Shown piece by piece: positions 29,301 through 45,246 of a stretch of 64,000 bases of DNA (positions within the stretch are counted from its first letter, which is position 1; each line of letters opens with the position of its first letter). The notes under the pieces are model-generated. The model saw nothing but the letters and a program-made list of their open reading frames with translations, was not told where the DNA came from and did not search any database. Position numbers and translations under genes: made by a program. Source of the DNA: Eledone cirrhosa (Eukaryota); assembly GCA_964016885.1 (NCBI GenBank), contig OZ024751.1, positions 38,936,001 to 39,000,000 on the forward strand, written 5' to 3'.

Positions 29301-29808
29301 TTTATATTTATATATACATATATACTATATATCTTGGTTGTAGCAGAGTAGATTTGATTATGCTTTCTAAGACATAAGACCATGGCTGCCGTATAAAACT
29401 CACAACACCACAACTCACACCACTCTTTTATTATTATTATCATTATTTTATTTTTTCCTCATTGGTGTCTGTTCACATTTCCCTTTGTTGCTCATCCTTT
29501 TCATGTAAGTATTCTTTTGAAATATTTGCGATTTGCTGCAGACATTGCAACAAAAACGATCAGACAACGTCGATAGAGGGCGCTGTCGTAAAATCACTGA
29601 ACCAATAAGAACCCATGTAATAAGCCACAGCAATCAGCTTCACCAATACGAGGCTCCATTGTTGAAAATGTCCAACACGTATATACAAAAAGAATGTTTC
29701 ATTTTTGATTTTTCTTGCGTTCTTGTTTTCTTTTCCTTAGTCGTTTTTATTATTATTTTCATATTTTATGTATATATATATATATATACATATATACATA
29801 CATATACC

Positions 29809-29843
<35 letters not shown>

Positions 29844-29893
29844 ATACAGAGAGAAGGAGAGAGACGGAGAGACATGTCTATTTGCATTATATC

Positions 29894-29980
<87 letters not shown>

Positions 29981-32097
29981 TCTTCCCACACTCCCAAACC
30001 TCATTTTAATATCATTCTTTGTCATCCTTTTCGGTCTTTGTCTTTTGTTATATTACAGATTCCATTCTCTTCGCAATTTCTTCTCATCTGCATCATTTTT
30101 TCTTCCTTCTCTTTTACCAATCCTTTCGAAAGTTCTTTCTATATTAGCCTCCACATCGACACAGGCCCACATATACACACATATACACACATACAATCAC
30201 ATACACACACATACAAACACATACACAAACATACACACACATATACACACATACACACACACATATACACACACACATATACACACATACACACACATGC
30301 ACACACATATACATACATATACACGTATATTTAGTATCTCTACTGCGCATTCTTTATATCTATGTATCACTCCGGAACTTTTATTTTGAACTATTCATCT
30401 CACTAACCAATATACACGCACACAGATTCACACACACACATATATATATATATATTACGACTGATATATATATATATATATATATAGCCATCGTAATATT
30501 TTCTACAGTTTCACAATCATATTTACAATCTTCTGTGTCTTTGCGATGCGCGAATACTTCGGATAGCTTTGCTGTGTTTAGCTAGGTTGCGTTCCGGTTA
30601 ATCTTTAGTACACGATGTGTGTTCAACTCCGACCAGTGTCGAGAGTTACACCTTTTATTTATATTTTATTTTCCACCCATATTTTAATAACGTCAACGTG
30701 GTGATTAAATATGGTGAGCGATCCAAGTGCCAGTAATAAACTGAAGGGGATGAAGTACTTAGCAATGCCATTCCAATATAGGCTACACCTAGAATTGTTG
30801 TTGCTCCAATACCATACACATACGGCGAGAGAACAGAAGGTATCTATACATCTTCTTGCATATAAAACAATTGCATGAGAAAATACTGCTTCCAATCCAA
30901 TGAGAGGAGGGCCACTCGAGGATAGCGTTAAGTGACAGGCCCTGAATGAGGCTTTTCAACCCACAATTCTCATTCCTTAATCCGACAGGCTAGCCTAACA
31001 TATCCTTTGCTGCATAGATAATTGATGTTCCATGGCCTCAGAGTGAAAATGTCTAATTAGTTATCCCGAAGGATAGCTTAAATCGTCAAAATAATCATTT
31101 CAAATCACCGTGCGCATTATTTAATCTGATCGACTGAGTTTTACTTTGCAATGGATAAGATAGGGGTGGCTAATAGCCACAGTAGATAGATTAGTTATTG
31201 TGTTACCCACGAGGATAGGAAGGAAGATGCTTTGTAAGAGCCAATCTAATACGTTGGATTCTTCTTTGTATATAAACCGTAAAGGTTGCACACTCCAACT
31301 TAAAAAAATATATTTTCCTCTTTATGTGGAATATTTACTTCAAATTCACTGCATGTGCTGAAACCCGTTAATTTCCCCGCTAGAATTCCTGGAGTGATAT
31401 TTATTTCACAACTAAAATCTAAAGAATTCAATTAAACGCTGCCAAAGAGTTGATTGTGCCAAGCAAGATAATTAATTAGATCGAGTTTTATTAGATCCTT
31501 GTTGATATTCTCTTGCTTCGATTTGATCTTGATCGATCAGGATTAGATCAAAGGAATTGTGGATATTTAATGAACTCTTAATTCTTTTTAAATATCCGGT
31601 AAATTTTAACGTTTGTGTGGGAGCTATAAATTCTACAACATATCACATTTTACCTGAATAATTGGCTATATTTGCACGTTGGCTATGGCATCGAGAAACC
31701 TGTATTAAGTATATCAGTGATCCAATCTGGGATGAAAGCCTACTCAGAAATCTATCATATAACTCTGACGTGATTCGACACCTTTGGATTATATTAAATA
31801 CGTTCTGACATCACTTGTCGATAGATTTATTAGATCCACAATCGGTTAGCTTATAAATCTCAGACATTTGTAATACATATATCGCTCTATACATACACCA
31901 AGCGAAAACCCAGTTTTATGAAGGCCAACAAAAGCTAATAACTTTACTGGCATACACCAAAAAGACACTGTTCAGAGGGATATATCAGAAATATAAATGG
32001 TGAGGGTGAAATGGACCCACTGGCGTGGTTGTCTTTTCCTAGTTAATTAGGAAGATCAGCTGACAAGAGTTGTATATGTTATATGTATACCTAATAG

Positions 32098-32285
32098 GGC
32101 GGTGGATTGTCAGTATCGCTAGAGAGAAGGACGCCATGCTTTTCAGCAAAGAGTTACGGCCCTTTATGTTCTGAGTTCAAATCCCACTGAAGTTAACATT
32201 GCCTTTCATCCTTACGGGGTGGATAAAATAAAGTACCAGTAATACACTGGGATTATTGCTGGCCTTGTGCCAAAAGTAGAAACAA
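32098..32285 (+). mobile_element. SINE S1
   Basis: Full-length diverged match with a degenerate TSD beginning ATATGTATA. Confidence 0.88.
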
Positions 32286-32579
32286 ATATGTATAGCCGAA
32301 TCAGAACTGGTGATGCTAGCCTAAAATCATTCTATCACAAAACACATTATTAGATACAACTATATACGAGGTGTGTTTGGAGAGAGATTTGGTTGGTAGT
32401 GTTTCCAGATATTTGAATTGCTCCTGCAATGTACATCAAGTAATAGCGCCACCTATCAAATAAGTATAACCTTCGTGGAAATCTGACAATATTTGTTGTA
32501 TTTGATATGAGCATGATACGGACACAGCCGCTCATAGAATCCCATCGACATAGATAAATATATAACTACATCCACACAG

Positions 32580-32619
<40 letters not shown>

Positions 32620-32622
<3 letters not shown>

Positions 32623-32812
32623 GGAATAAGTATGATCCCTGACGGCAGAGCTCAAGCCGTTTCGACGGCTAATTCAGTCCAGAATTAGCCTTCGAAACGG
32701 CTTGAGATCTGCCGTCGGGGTCATACTTGTTGCTATTACCCACTCTACTACTCTAAGTATTGAGTACTTTGGTGCGTTATGGTCTATCTGGTTCCTTACC
32801 ACATTTCCTTCG

Positions 32813-32814
<2 letters not shown>
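32620..32814 (+). mobile_element. Hairpin-tail family A, copy 2
   Basis: Same arms with several mismatches, loop AGTCCA, same tail, (TA)n flanks. Confidence 0.85.
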
Positions 32815-32855
<41 letters not shown>

Positions 32856-33069
32856 ATATATGGAAAGAAGATAGAGGGGGTGAGAGATGGGCAGCTAGTG
32901 AAAGGGAGATAAAATATTATACAAGTATTTTTCTAAAGCAATGAAATGTGTAATCTATTGCACCAAAAAGATCTTCGAAGGCCAAATACTATTTGTATAT
33001 ATGGAAATATAATACTGGACGAACCAATAACATAACTCTGTAATCTTTGCGATTTATTGTGGTTTCCAC

Positions 33070-33130
<61 letters not shown>

Positions 33131-33217
33131 TAAAATCACATATGCTCAAATACATAAATGAACAAAGAGATGCGTGCACGCGCAAACTTATACCATTATG
33201 AGCTACGTTTGTCAGAT

Positions 33218-33282
<65 letters not shown>

Positions 33283-33293
33283 AAATATATATA

Positions 33294-33328
<35 letters not shown>

Positions 33329-33340
33329 AAATATATATAT

Positions 33341-33438
<98 letters not shown>

Positions 33439-33605
33439 TTGTGTGTGTGTGTATATATGACAAGTAAGTATGTTATATATATATATATATATATACACAC
33501 ACAGCTACAACAAGACATGGTAAATATATTACAATGTGAATATATCATAAATGTTGTAGGTGGTAGTTATTATGTATACACAACTTATCACTATTAGATG
33601 GTCTA

Positions 33606-33648
<43 letters not shown>

Positions 33649-33772
33649 TTCGAATTGGCACTAACAGTGTGGTTCATCACAGAAAAGCATATATATATAT
33701 ATATACATGTACATACATACACCCATATATACATACATACATCCACACATATATATGCACATATATATAATA

Positions 33773-33852
<80 letters not shown>

Positions 33853-34082
33853 TGTGTGTGTGTGTTATGTATGTATAAGACACTTGCAATGAAATATATT
33901 CCTTCAATTAATTATTGCTATGTTTATGTATATTTGTAGATTTGGTACGTCAAACATATTTTGTATTTTGCTTATTACTCCATCATATTCCATCAATATA
34001 AACTAATCTTTCACATGCTGGGCCAATTTGTCATTTTCATAACGGAACTGATATTATACTAAATAAAAAAATTTATATATGT

Positions 34083-34137
<55 letters not shown>

Positions 34138-34215
34138 GTATATACATATATATATATATATACATATATATATGCATGTGTGTGAGTGAGAGATCATATA
34201 TATATATATATAAAC

Positions 34216-34347
<132 letters not shown>

Positions 34348-34455
34348 TCTATATATTACCCATGTAAACGATTTCTATATGCATATGTACAAAATAAACT
34401 ATATTTTGCCAAGACAAATATTGTTTTCCTGGCCATCTTAGATAATAACATACGT

Positions 34456-34488
<33 letters not shown>

Positions 34489-34514
34489 CTCAATATATAT
34501 ATATATATATATAT

Positions 34515-34621
<107 letters not shown>

Positions 34622-34906
34622 CATAGGTTGAAATACTGGCCTAACTATTAAAAAAAGCTTGTACGTGTATTTCCAAAAGGAAATTATGGACATACCATTC
34701 TCTACATTCACGTCTCGATATATACTTGTGGATGCATGAGAAGAAAACTATACTTACGATTGCTTGCATGTGTTTGAGGTTGATATTATACTTGATGGTG
34801 ATGGCTATCGTAAGGGTATGTACATGATGGTAATGGCTACATTTGAAAAATTGTCCTTAGAAAATATATGTGTGTATAGGCGTATAGATGACTATACATA
34901 TGTATG

Positions 34907-34970
<64 letters not shown>

Positions 34971-34974
<4 letters not shown>

Positions 34975-35345
34975 AAGGTTTAGCAAATAATGAAAAAGTT
35001 TCAGAATAAATTTAAAAAAATTGACTTTACTTACTATAGTTACCTTTACCGATCGGTTTCGAATCCCAAAAATAAACGGAGACCATACGGCCTTCGTTGC
35101 AAAGAAAGATTCTCGTCAGAAGGTTCTTTTCATTCGAAGAATATAAAATTCTTGAATTTAAATTACGAACTAGCGCTATCCAAAACTGTTCCCGAGATGA
35201 GAGTGAATGAAGTGGAATCAATTTTTTCAAGGGCCGAAGTAAAGATAGAGGCAGAGGGAGGTAGGTCCAATCGGCCGCCACTATCACTAGCAGCAGTCAG
35301 AACGAGCAAATTTTTTCTCAACAATAGAGGAGAATAGTAATAATA
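34971..35345 (-). mobile_element. Hammerhead-bearing retroelement 3' fragment abutting (TA)n
   Basis: Hammerhead at 35042-35124 lies ~70 nt from the junction with the TA array. The right-hand boundary is approximate. Confidence 0.6.
35042..35124 (-). ncRNA. Type I hammerhead ribozyme motif
   Basis: Minus strand reads ACCTT-CTGACGA-GAATC...GATTC-GAAA-CCGATCGG-TA^AAGGT. Intact core, stems I and II paired, palindromic stem III (ACCGATCGGT). Confidence 0.88.
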
Positions 35346-35437
35346 GGATATGTGTTTCTTCACGCACAAGGCGCTAAGAGACGCATGTATTGTCCAACCA
35401 AATGCCAATGTGGTTCAATAGCAGGTTATGTGTGTGT

Positions 35438-35560
35438 GAAGGCGTGTGGCTGAGTGGTTAGAGAATTGGATTCGCAATCGTAATAAGGTTGTGAGTTCGA
35501 TTCTTGGACCAGGTGATGCGTTATGTCCTTGAGCAAGACACTTTATTCCACGTTGCTCCT
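35438..35560 (+). mobile_element. tRNA-headed SINE fragment (family S2)
   Basis: A box TGGCTGAGTGG, B box GTTCGATTC, then GTCCTTGAGCAAGACACTTTAT. Decayed relatives at ~24685-24775 and ~59218-59315. Confidence 0.7.
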
Positions 35561-36074
35561 TCTACCTGGAGTTGCGACCGATAGATAGTATTAGCAATTG
35601 GAAAGACTAACGGAAACATTGTTCCCTCGGTCCGATTTGACGAAAGTCGATCGTTCCTTTATATATATATATATAAATGTATGCATATATATATATATAT
35701 ATATATATGATTCTACGTGTATGCCATTAAATCTCACTATCTTACTATACGGGGCAAGAATGATAGGTGATTTCAAAGTCTATTGTCTTTCTATTTCCAG
35801 TGGCTTGAGTTCAAGCCTTCTGATGGTGTTTTCAGTCTTGTGTAAATCTCATAAGTTTCTATCGTTAATGAGATTATATTCTAAATCTCCTGAGAATCTC
35901 ATCCAGATTCTTTTCTTTTTCTCAAATCAGCCAAAACACCTGATGCGATGATCTGGTTAGACTTACATACGCATACATGCACACGAACACACATACAGAA
36001 GCATATAAACACATACGTATATACACACATGCACACACACACACGCACACACACACACACACGCACACACACAC

Positions 36075-36108
<34 letters not shown>

Positions 36109-36113
36109 ATGTG

Positions 36114-36157
<44 letters not shown>

Positions 36158-36919
36158 AAATTAATTATACAAGGTGACAGAATTTCAAAGAATTATTCCG
36201 TCTCCTACCGTGATATTCAGTTTCAAACCAATTTTGATTTAGCAATTTATTTGTTTTTTAGAATGTGAAGGAGATTGACTGAAATATTTCAATAACATTC
36301 TACATTAATGTAACATTTCTTATATAGCTTCTTTTATGTTAGTTAATCTAACATTTATGTCTCATCCTCCAGAATTCAACCACATGTCATACAAAAACAC
36401 CCTGCCATCTGCAATCACTTTAAAGATTTATTTCTATAATACAAAACCATCCGTTTCAATGAGTGCACATTTTTATTTAAACCGTCGGAAATAATTTTAC
36501 TTAAGATCTTTTTTGTCAATAAATTAAACAAACCCCATCTTGATTCTTACAAATGTACTATACCGAATACTATAGAATTTGCGGTTATTTTGTGTTATTA
36601 TTTCAAACACACATGCTATGTGTTAAAAAATGTAGTTATAGTGATAACTACGTAACCCCTTGTTTTCTGAGGTAATGGGAATGAGCCCCTCTATATATAA
36701 CACCTATAGTAATATATTCCCTATAAATTTACAATAACCCTTGTTTTTTCGTCCATCTTCCACTCGCCTGTAATGAAATTTTATTTCGTTTCTCCTCATC
36801 AAAATGATGAATGTTAGACTCCATCTTTGAGATGAGAGAGCTGGAATTAATACCGCACAACATTCTATCTGTGTCATTATAACGTCAGATAAAATGTTCT
36901 GCCAAGTACGTTCCAGTTT

Positions 36920-37085
36920 ATAACGTTCTGAGATCTGAGATCAAATACGACCAAGGTCAAATTTGCCTTTCATCATTCCGAGGTCGATAAATTAAACTAC
37001 CAGTAAATTACTGATGTTGGCATAATCGATCTTCCCTAATCCTAACAGATATTGGCCCTGTGCCTAAATTAGATAACACCATTGT
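36920..37085 (+). mobile_element. Older, longer S1-related SINE
   Basis: TTTGCCTTTCATCATTCCGAGGTCGATAAA core, GGCCCTGTGCCTAAATTAGA end and (ATT)n tail. Confidence 0.7.
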
Positions 37086-38954
37086 TATCATCATTATTAT
37101 TATCATTATTGCTATTATTATTATAGAAAATGGACAATTACATTTGGACAGAAATAGATGATGATATTATTAACTAGACATCAGAGCGAACAAAATCCAA
37201 TCACTACTATGTTTGCTGTAAGTGCCACTAAAGTATTCTTTCCTGCTTCATTCAATTATGCGATCACTACTTTTGCTGACAAACGTTATTAATATTTGCA
37301 TGAACGATGAAAAGTTTGCTGTAGTGTGTCAGTGAATCTTGAAATTCTACTGCAAAAACCTCGCTGATTGTCCGACCATATTATTATTAGACATAAAATG
37401 AAATAATGAACTAATGACAAAATTGTAAATTAATTGATCGAATCAGCAGCCATTTTATAATTATATTATGATACACTGCATAATAATAATAATAATGATG
37501 ATAATAATAATGACAATGATAATAATAACTAGATTATCGCAGTCTTCAGCCTAACACAATTCTATATATACTAATATTCTATATGAGGAAAATACCAGTT
37601 TGACTTTTGCTAGGAACACACTCCCGTTTTTGTTTTATGAAGACGAAAGCGAAGAAATTCCGAAATCGTCAACAACGTTATCAAACTTGTCTATATCGAT
37701 ATCATTAAATCAATACATAAAGAAATTAGTTAATTTACAATGTAAAATTTCTGGAAGATCTTAATGAACACTTGAGAGATTTTTATCGAATATTCGAATT
37801 GCATTATTACTGATTATTGCTTATTTTGTAACCAAAATTCATGTATGAACAAATCATTTGTATTTAGCATCTATTTTGTCGTTCATTATCATCACCATCC
37901 TCAAACCACTCCCTAACTCCGATGGTACAAAAACAGGCTAAGAGACCAATAAAATGGTTGGCTTTATTAAGATAAAGAACTTCACCGGAGGCGAGTGGTA
38001 TTCGACATAATTTTGTATTAACCAATTTGCCATAAAGAAATAGCCGCAAGACTTAAGACTTAGATTGCCAGTCAATAATAAAGTTTTATATGCTGACACA
38101 CTAATGTTTCGAGGAATAATCTGATGGAACAAGTGCTATCGGGAAACAGAGCCAATTGCAAATACGTTCAAGATGACTTGAGGGGTAGAAAATTGTTCTG
38201 GCACAGATTTGAGTGTAGGAGTAAGTAAGGTAAGAAGACATGCAGCATCGGCCAAATACTTATTTTACAGACGTCTAACAATGCTATTTGAGTCGCTACA
38301 ATTACCTCCTACACCATACTCCATAAATAGTTCTTACACAATGAAAGTGTTGATATTTGGCTCGGAAATGTTTCATACAGTTTACGTTCCAAGTGGTCAT
38401 TTCCTCCATGCCAAAAGCCCATTGGCCGAGTAAACTGTTAGTTCGAGACTATTTCAGAAATGATACATATCCTAGAATAAACCTGATTTTTAAATGATAT
38501 TTAATGTTTTTTAAACACTTTCGTTTATTACTGTTTAGGAAACTGCCCAAATTTGCATCTCTATAATGTGGAATCATACACGACCTCGGTCAGTGACATT
38601 ACGAATAAGTTTAGATACTTCTTACATTTGGATGTTTAAATAATTAAACTTCATCTCATGTTATTTCTGTAACATTGGAGAATATTCGAATTGGCTGCAT
38701 AAAATACCTATATTTGACCATCAGATAAGTACGTTTTAACGTTTTAATGCAATTATTACCACACACACACGTATATATATATATATATATATATATAAGC
38801 AAGTATTGTAACAAGAAAAATAAAACGTCGGCGTGAGGAGATTAGGAATTTATTTGCTTTAACATATGTTTATGTGTCTATTTAAAATTGTCTACATTTG
38901 CTAATAAAGCATATGTCAGAATGGGACCGGTTAAACCCAGTTAGACCGTTACTC

Positions 38955-39022
38955 ACCAGAGTACTCGATACTTGGGGTAGTAGAGTGGGTAATATGAAAA
39001 ATACGGGACCCCCGACGGCTGA
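38955..39022 (-). mobile_element. Diverged family A fragment
   Basis: AGTACTCGATACTTGGGGTAGTAGAGTGGGTAAT...GACCCCCGACGGCTGA matches the reverse complement of the family A arm/tail junction. Confidence 0.7.
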
Positions 39023-39315
39023 TTTCCTGCCGTATCAACACAAATATTTACACATAAATACATATACACATACGCATATACGAGACTGAATTTCATAACT
39101 ATCCAGGGCTTCGATAATTCAAGATTTTGTATATGTTTCCATCCAACTGGTATTGCATATGTTTCACTAATTTGATAATCGATTCTCAGTGGCCACAAGT
39201 CGCTTTGTTCCGTCCTTAGGGGGTATTTTTCAGATTTTATAAACTACCATTTGTAGTAATCGACTGTATACAACGTTATTTTCATTGTCTGCTACTTCTA
39301 CATACTTCTACTCTG

Positions 39316-39375
<60 letters not shown>

Positions 39376-39595
39376 TATATATAGTATATATATATATACC
39401 CACTGCTTCATACCATGCATTCAGTATTCTCATGATTTGTGGTCTTCCCGGCCACACCTCTGCAGTCTATCTCACCTCTATATTTATGTTTATATAAACA
39501 TATATATTCGCTGAACTAGGGAAAACAAAGTTATATATATATATATATATGTGTGTGAGTATATATATATATATGTGTGTGTATGTGTGTGTAAG

Positions 39596-39657
<62 letters not shown>

Positions 39658-39768
39658 ATCTGTTGCTTCAGCATACCCAAAAACCTCTCCTCTTAAAGAA
39701 CAAACCACATACTCACATTTCCACATTGCAGCGCCTAAATATCTGCCCCCGCCCTCTCTCTCTCTATA

Positions 39769-39800
<32 letters not shown>

Positions 39801-40421
39801 ACTCACTCTCTCTCTCTCTCTCTCTTTCTCTTACTATCTCTCTCTCCCTCTCTCTCCCTCTGTCTTCCCTCACTCAGTACTTGATATGATATAGAATCAC
39901 TTTGATATTTCAACAAGCAGAACCTCAACAGCCGCCGATTACAAGAAATGGATTATTGTTAAGTGTTGAAGATTAAGCTGGAAAAACTCATAAATCAAAA
40001 ACAAGAAACATTAATCGAATTTATTGGCAATTTTTCATCGAGTTACAAATATCTAGGAGATAATAAATCATGGTGTTCAACCTTTACCCTTCTGTTGTAC
40101 CATACTTATTTAACTTCGAGTAATTTCACATTTCCAGCATCACTGATTCTGATGAATCTCGGTAGTCAGCACGTCGACATATTCTTACGAACGTTTGCAA
40201 CACTTTGAACATTTGGGATAGGCCTTAGAAGAATTTCATTGAAGTTTTTAAAGACAAGAAACTGAAACTTACTTTGGGGAAATTAACAACAAAGTAGAAA
40301 GTGGTGTAATAAATAAAAACGAAAACTTCGACAAATTCGATATTGCTCACTAAAAATCTGAAAATCTCACTCTAGTTTTTCTGTTTACACCTCATTTTCC
40401 TTCTCTCTCTCTTTCTCTCTT

Positions 40422-40482
<61 letters not shown>

Positions 40483-41035
40483 GTATATGTATATATATAT
40501 ATATGTATATATATATATAAATATATATATATATAAACGGAAAAAATTTCATTTCACACTCTTAGTACGGCTGTTACTTAAATATAAGTATGTACACGTA
40601 CATACATATATGTATACAGACGTACAGTAGTATGTATATATATATATATATACATACATGCACACATATATATATGTACGTATGGATTCACCGAATATTT
40701 ATTATAATGCTCGGAGTGTTTGTAAACAAACATCCCGTATTAAGCCGGAGTGTCTAGCAACCATCATTGCTCGTTTGTTCAACACAGACAAAGGATCGCT
40801 GTACTAGTTTCAAGCTTATTAGCTATCGTCAGCAACGTATACCTTCCTGCCAGATTGTTGAACGTATATACCTACCTTATGCATATTAACAGCTGAGTAG
40901 CCCAATTTGCATATCGAGTAAATATATATATTTATATATGTTTATATATATATACATATATATACATATATATACATATATATATACATATATATATATG
41001 CGTGTGTGTAAATATATACACACACATATATATAT

Positions 41036-41234
41036 CAGGGTCGGTGGAAGCATTTCTGAAATGCGGAGAGGATGCCAATTTGAACAATTGGTCAGAAAAC
41101 TTCGATATGCGATAAACATAACATGTAAATACATTGTAGCGCATATCTAGATGCCTGTTTTGGTAGTTTGGGGAGAAATGATAATTATTGGAGGGGGACA
41201 TGGACCCCCCCCCCCCCCTGTTCCACCGACACTG
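41036..41234. mobile_element. MITE with 14-bp TIRs (superfamily uncertain, possibly hAT)
   Basis: CAGGGTCGGTGGAA ... TTCCACCGACACTG (13/14 match). The TSD cannot be resolved inside TA repeats. Confidence 0.65.
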
Positions 41235-41404
41235 TATATAAATATAATTTTAAAAAATATGCTCTGTGCCTTTCCCTATGGGGTTAATATATCGAGCTTC
41301 TTCGTATTTGGTAAGAAACTGGTATCATACCCAATTTATCCATCTCATATATATATATATATATATATAATATAAGATCAAAAGATGGTTAAAGGAGTTC
41401 CATA

Positions 41405-41475
41405 TATTTTATTATGCGCATTTCAAAAACAAACATCATCATGCAATAATATTTGTGTTTTCATCAGATAAAACA
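41405..41475 (-). ncRNA. Mirror copy of the 41582-41652 hammerhead motif
   Basis: Exact reverse complement, lying in the left arm of the 41367-41690 palindrome. Confidence 0.85.
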
Positions 41476-41581
41476 GGAGAACATGATATGAAGGCTAAAA
41501 AACACTTGTGGATAGTGCAGTTATGTTGATTTAAAACTGCACTATCCACAAGTGTTTTTTAGCCTTCATATCATGTTCTCC

Positions 41582-41652
41582 TGTTTTATCTGATGAAAAC
41601 ACAAATATTATTGCATGATGATGTTTGTTTTTGAAATGCGCATAATAAAATA
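41582..41652 (+). ncRNA. Minimal type I hammerhead ribozyme motif
   Basis: TGTTTTAT-CTGATGA-AAACACAAATATTA...TGATGTTTGTTTTT-GAAA-TGCGCA-TA^ATAAAATA. Stems I and II pair with G-U wobbles; stem III is palindromic. Confidence 0.87.
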
Positions 41653-41776
41653 TATGGAACTCCTTTAACCATCTTTTGATCTTATATTATGCATACTCCA
41701 GTCCCACAAACTGTAGAGTGCTTCTTATCCGATATCTGCATTGCTTTATTGTACTACAATAAAACTCACCTCCTAC

Positions 41777-41824
<48 letters not shown>

Positions 41825-42046
41825 TATTGGTGAGCGTCGTTACTCTAAAGTTTCATCTATATATATGAGATACGCCATTGTACATCTGTGATATTACCTG
41901 CTATCAAGAAGAACTTATACTTCATTTCAACCCGAGAGGTGTAAAACGAAACAAGGAGGTATATATATATATATGTGTGTTCCCTTCATGCTTGTATGCG
42001 TGTACCGGTGTGAATATGTGTACAGAGAATGTGTACGTGCGAACAT

Positions 42047-42049
<3 letters not shown>

Positions 42050-42131
<82 letters not shown>

Positions 42132-42166
42132 AGAGAGAGAGAGAAAGATGGAGAGAGGGAGAGAAA

Positions 42167-42222
<56 letters not shown>

Positions 42223-42262
42223 CACAGAGAGAGAGAGAGAAAGATGGAGAGAGGGAGAGAAA

Positions 42263-42326
<64 letters not shown>

Positions 42327-42328
42327 GA
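42050..42328. repeat. (GA)n array with internal higher-order duplication
   Basis: AGAAAGATGGAGAGAG occurs four times in two duplicated blocks. Confidence 0.88.
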
Positions 42329-42895
42329 GGAGAAAAGATAGATGAGATTTAAAATGAATGAGGCTACAAAAAACACAGTTTGATGAAATGTGAAGCCTTT
42401 AGGAAATGATAGTTTTAAAACAAAACATTAAATAGTTATGAATAGAGGAAAAGTTTTAAAAGCGTTAGCTCAACTACTTTTCCTCATTTCAAAGGAAAGA
42501 CAAATGCTACCACAGATCTTTCCATTTATGTAAAAATTGAAGTATAACAATATTGACTCAATAATTTGCTTCGCGAACAGAGATATATCGTACAACAACA
42601 ATTTGTTAGAAGTCTACATCATTTTCTCCATTTTCTGTTGAAAGATAATACAACATACGACATTGATGTATCTGTTGTTTTCTGTTGTGAAATATATATT
42701 TCTGTAGACATAAACATTCAAATATGATACAAAGCAGACACCTCTCATCCGTTTAGAGCAAAGACAAATGTATATAGTAACATGTAGAAAGCAATGTCCA
42801 CATATATATAAAATATCAGTTGAAAATATTATCATTAAAAGAGCTTTTAGATTCTTCTCCATATGAAATGTACTCAATACAGAAATCAACCCATC

Positions 42896-42937
<42 letters not shown>

Positions 42938-42966
42938 GTATATATATATATATATGCAATATATGT

Positions 42967-43245
42967 CTAGGGAGGGTAAAATTCCCGAGATCCATGGACG
43001 AGTTCTCTCCAGTGGTCTCTGTCCCTCATTTTCGCTGCCATGTCCTGCGTCTCCAAGAAACCGGTGTCTGTCCTTAGGGCATTAACATATGTTAACCTCG
43101 GTCTTCCTCAGTCAGGGTTTTCGCATTGTTTCCATGTACAGACCTTTACTAACAAGACATTGATTAAATCTGGGCTATTGTAGAATAGACTAGCCTAACA
43201 CACAGGCCTCGCAAGCCGATAAAAGCAAATACAGTGGAATCTCCC
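42967..43245 (-). pseudogene. Decayed RTE-clade LINE, C-terminus of the reverse transcriptase ORF
   Basis: Minus strand translates to *GRPRLTYVNALRTDTGFLETQDMAAKMRDRDHWRELVHGSREFYPP*, matching the GRP..T/Y....DR..WR..V ending typical of RTE-clade ORFs. Stops and frameshifts upstream. Confidence 0.75.
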
Positions 43246-43282
43246 TTAAAAAAATTGACCATCTAGGATGAAAGCAACCACA

Positions 43283-43338
<56 letters not shown>

Positions 43339-43370
43339 TGTAACCTCAGCAATATATTTTGTTATTTTTA

Positions 43371-43405
<35 letters not shown>

Positions 43406-43931
43406 GTGTGTGTGTGTATTTGTATCAGAGGCTGTATCGCCTTTTCAACCTTATGTGGTCTCATCAGCTTCAGTATAAATAGAAATACGTATGTCTCACC
43501 CATTTTCTATTTCTAAATCCGTAAAAACCATTGTCCTTATAAGCTGAGCATCTAATAGTATATATTATTAAATATTGGTGTTAAAGGAAAGGAATGATTA
43601 TGTAACACACCTGAGAGAATCTAAATGAAATCATTGAATGTAAGAAATATTGGCAAGTCTAGAATAAGTAGAACGTTTCTTAAGATTCTATAGAGTGGAA
43701 CGTTGAGTAATAGCTACTAAGATTTGCCAAAATGGAAATAGAATCATTGGTCACATACATAAACAATTCTTTCTTTTAATCACCTTTTTCAGTCAGTTTA
43801 TTAATTTTCGTTTTCTCATTACTTCATCTAAACAAACTCGCAATGTCTTTTTCTCACTCCCATATGCTCTACATTCGTGTTTATATATACATCCATATAT
43901 ATATATATATATATGTAGATGTGTGTGTGTA

Positions 43932-43963
<32 letters not shown>

Positions 43964-44018
43964 TGTGTGCTTGTGTGTGTGTGTACATATATACATAAAT
44001 ATATATATATATATATAA

Positions 44019-44057
<39 letters not shown>

Positions 44058-44064
44058 TGTATAA

Positions 44065-44132
<68 letters not shown>

Positions 44133-44139
44133 TTATACA

Positions 44140-45246
<1,107 letters not shown>

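Larger units (their letters stand above)
41367..41780 (+). mobile_element. Penelope-like element remnant: perfect fold-back palindrome, hammerhead and 3' tail, inside (TA)n
   Basis: Arms 41367-41522 and 41535-41690 are exact 156-bp reverse complements with a 12-nt spacer. Unique tail 41691-41780 carries the TACTC..GAGTGC hairpin. (TA)n on both sides. Confidence 0.8.

Noticed and set aside
34990-35337. 115-aa ORF as a gene
   Set aside because: It overlaps a minus-strand hammerhead element and has no recognisable domain.
37864-38132. Possible mariner transposase C-terminus (VREWFE)
   Set aside because: The diagnostic YSPDLAP motif is not recognisable and no TIRs were found.
39140-39192. Hammerhead-like motif on the minus strand (CTGAGAA...GAAA-CATATG-CA)
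   Set aside because: Core and cleavage site are mutated and stem I does not pair. At most a dead relic.
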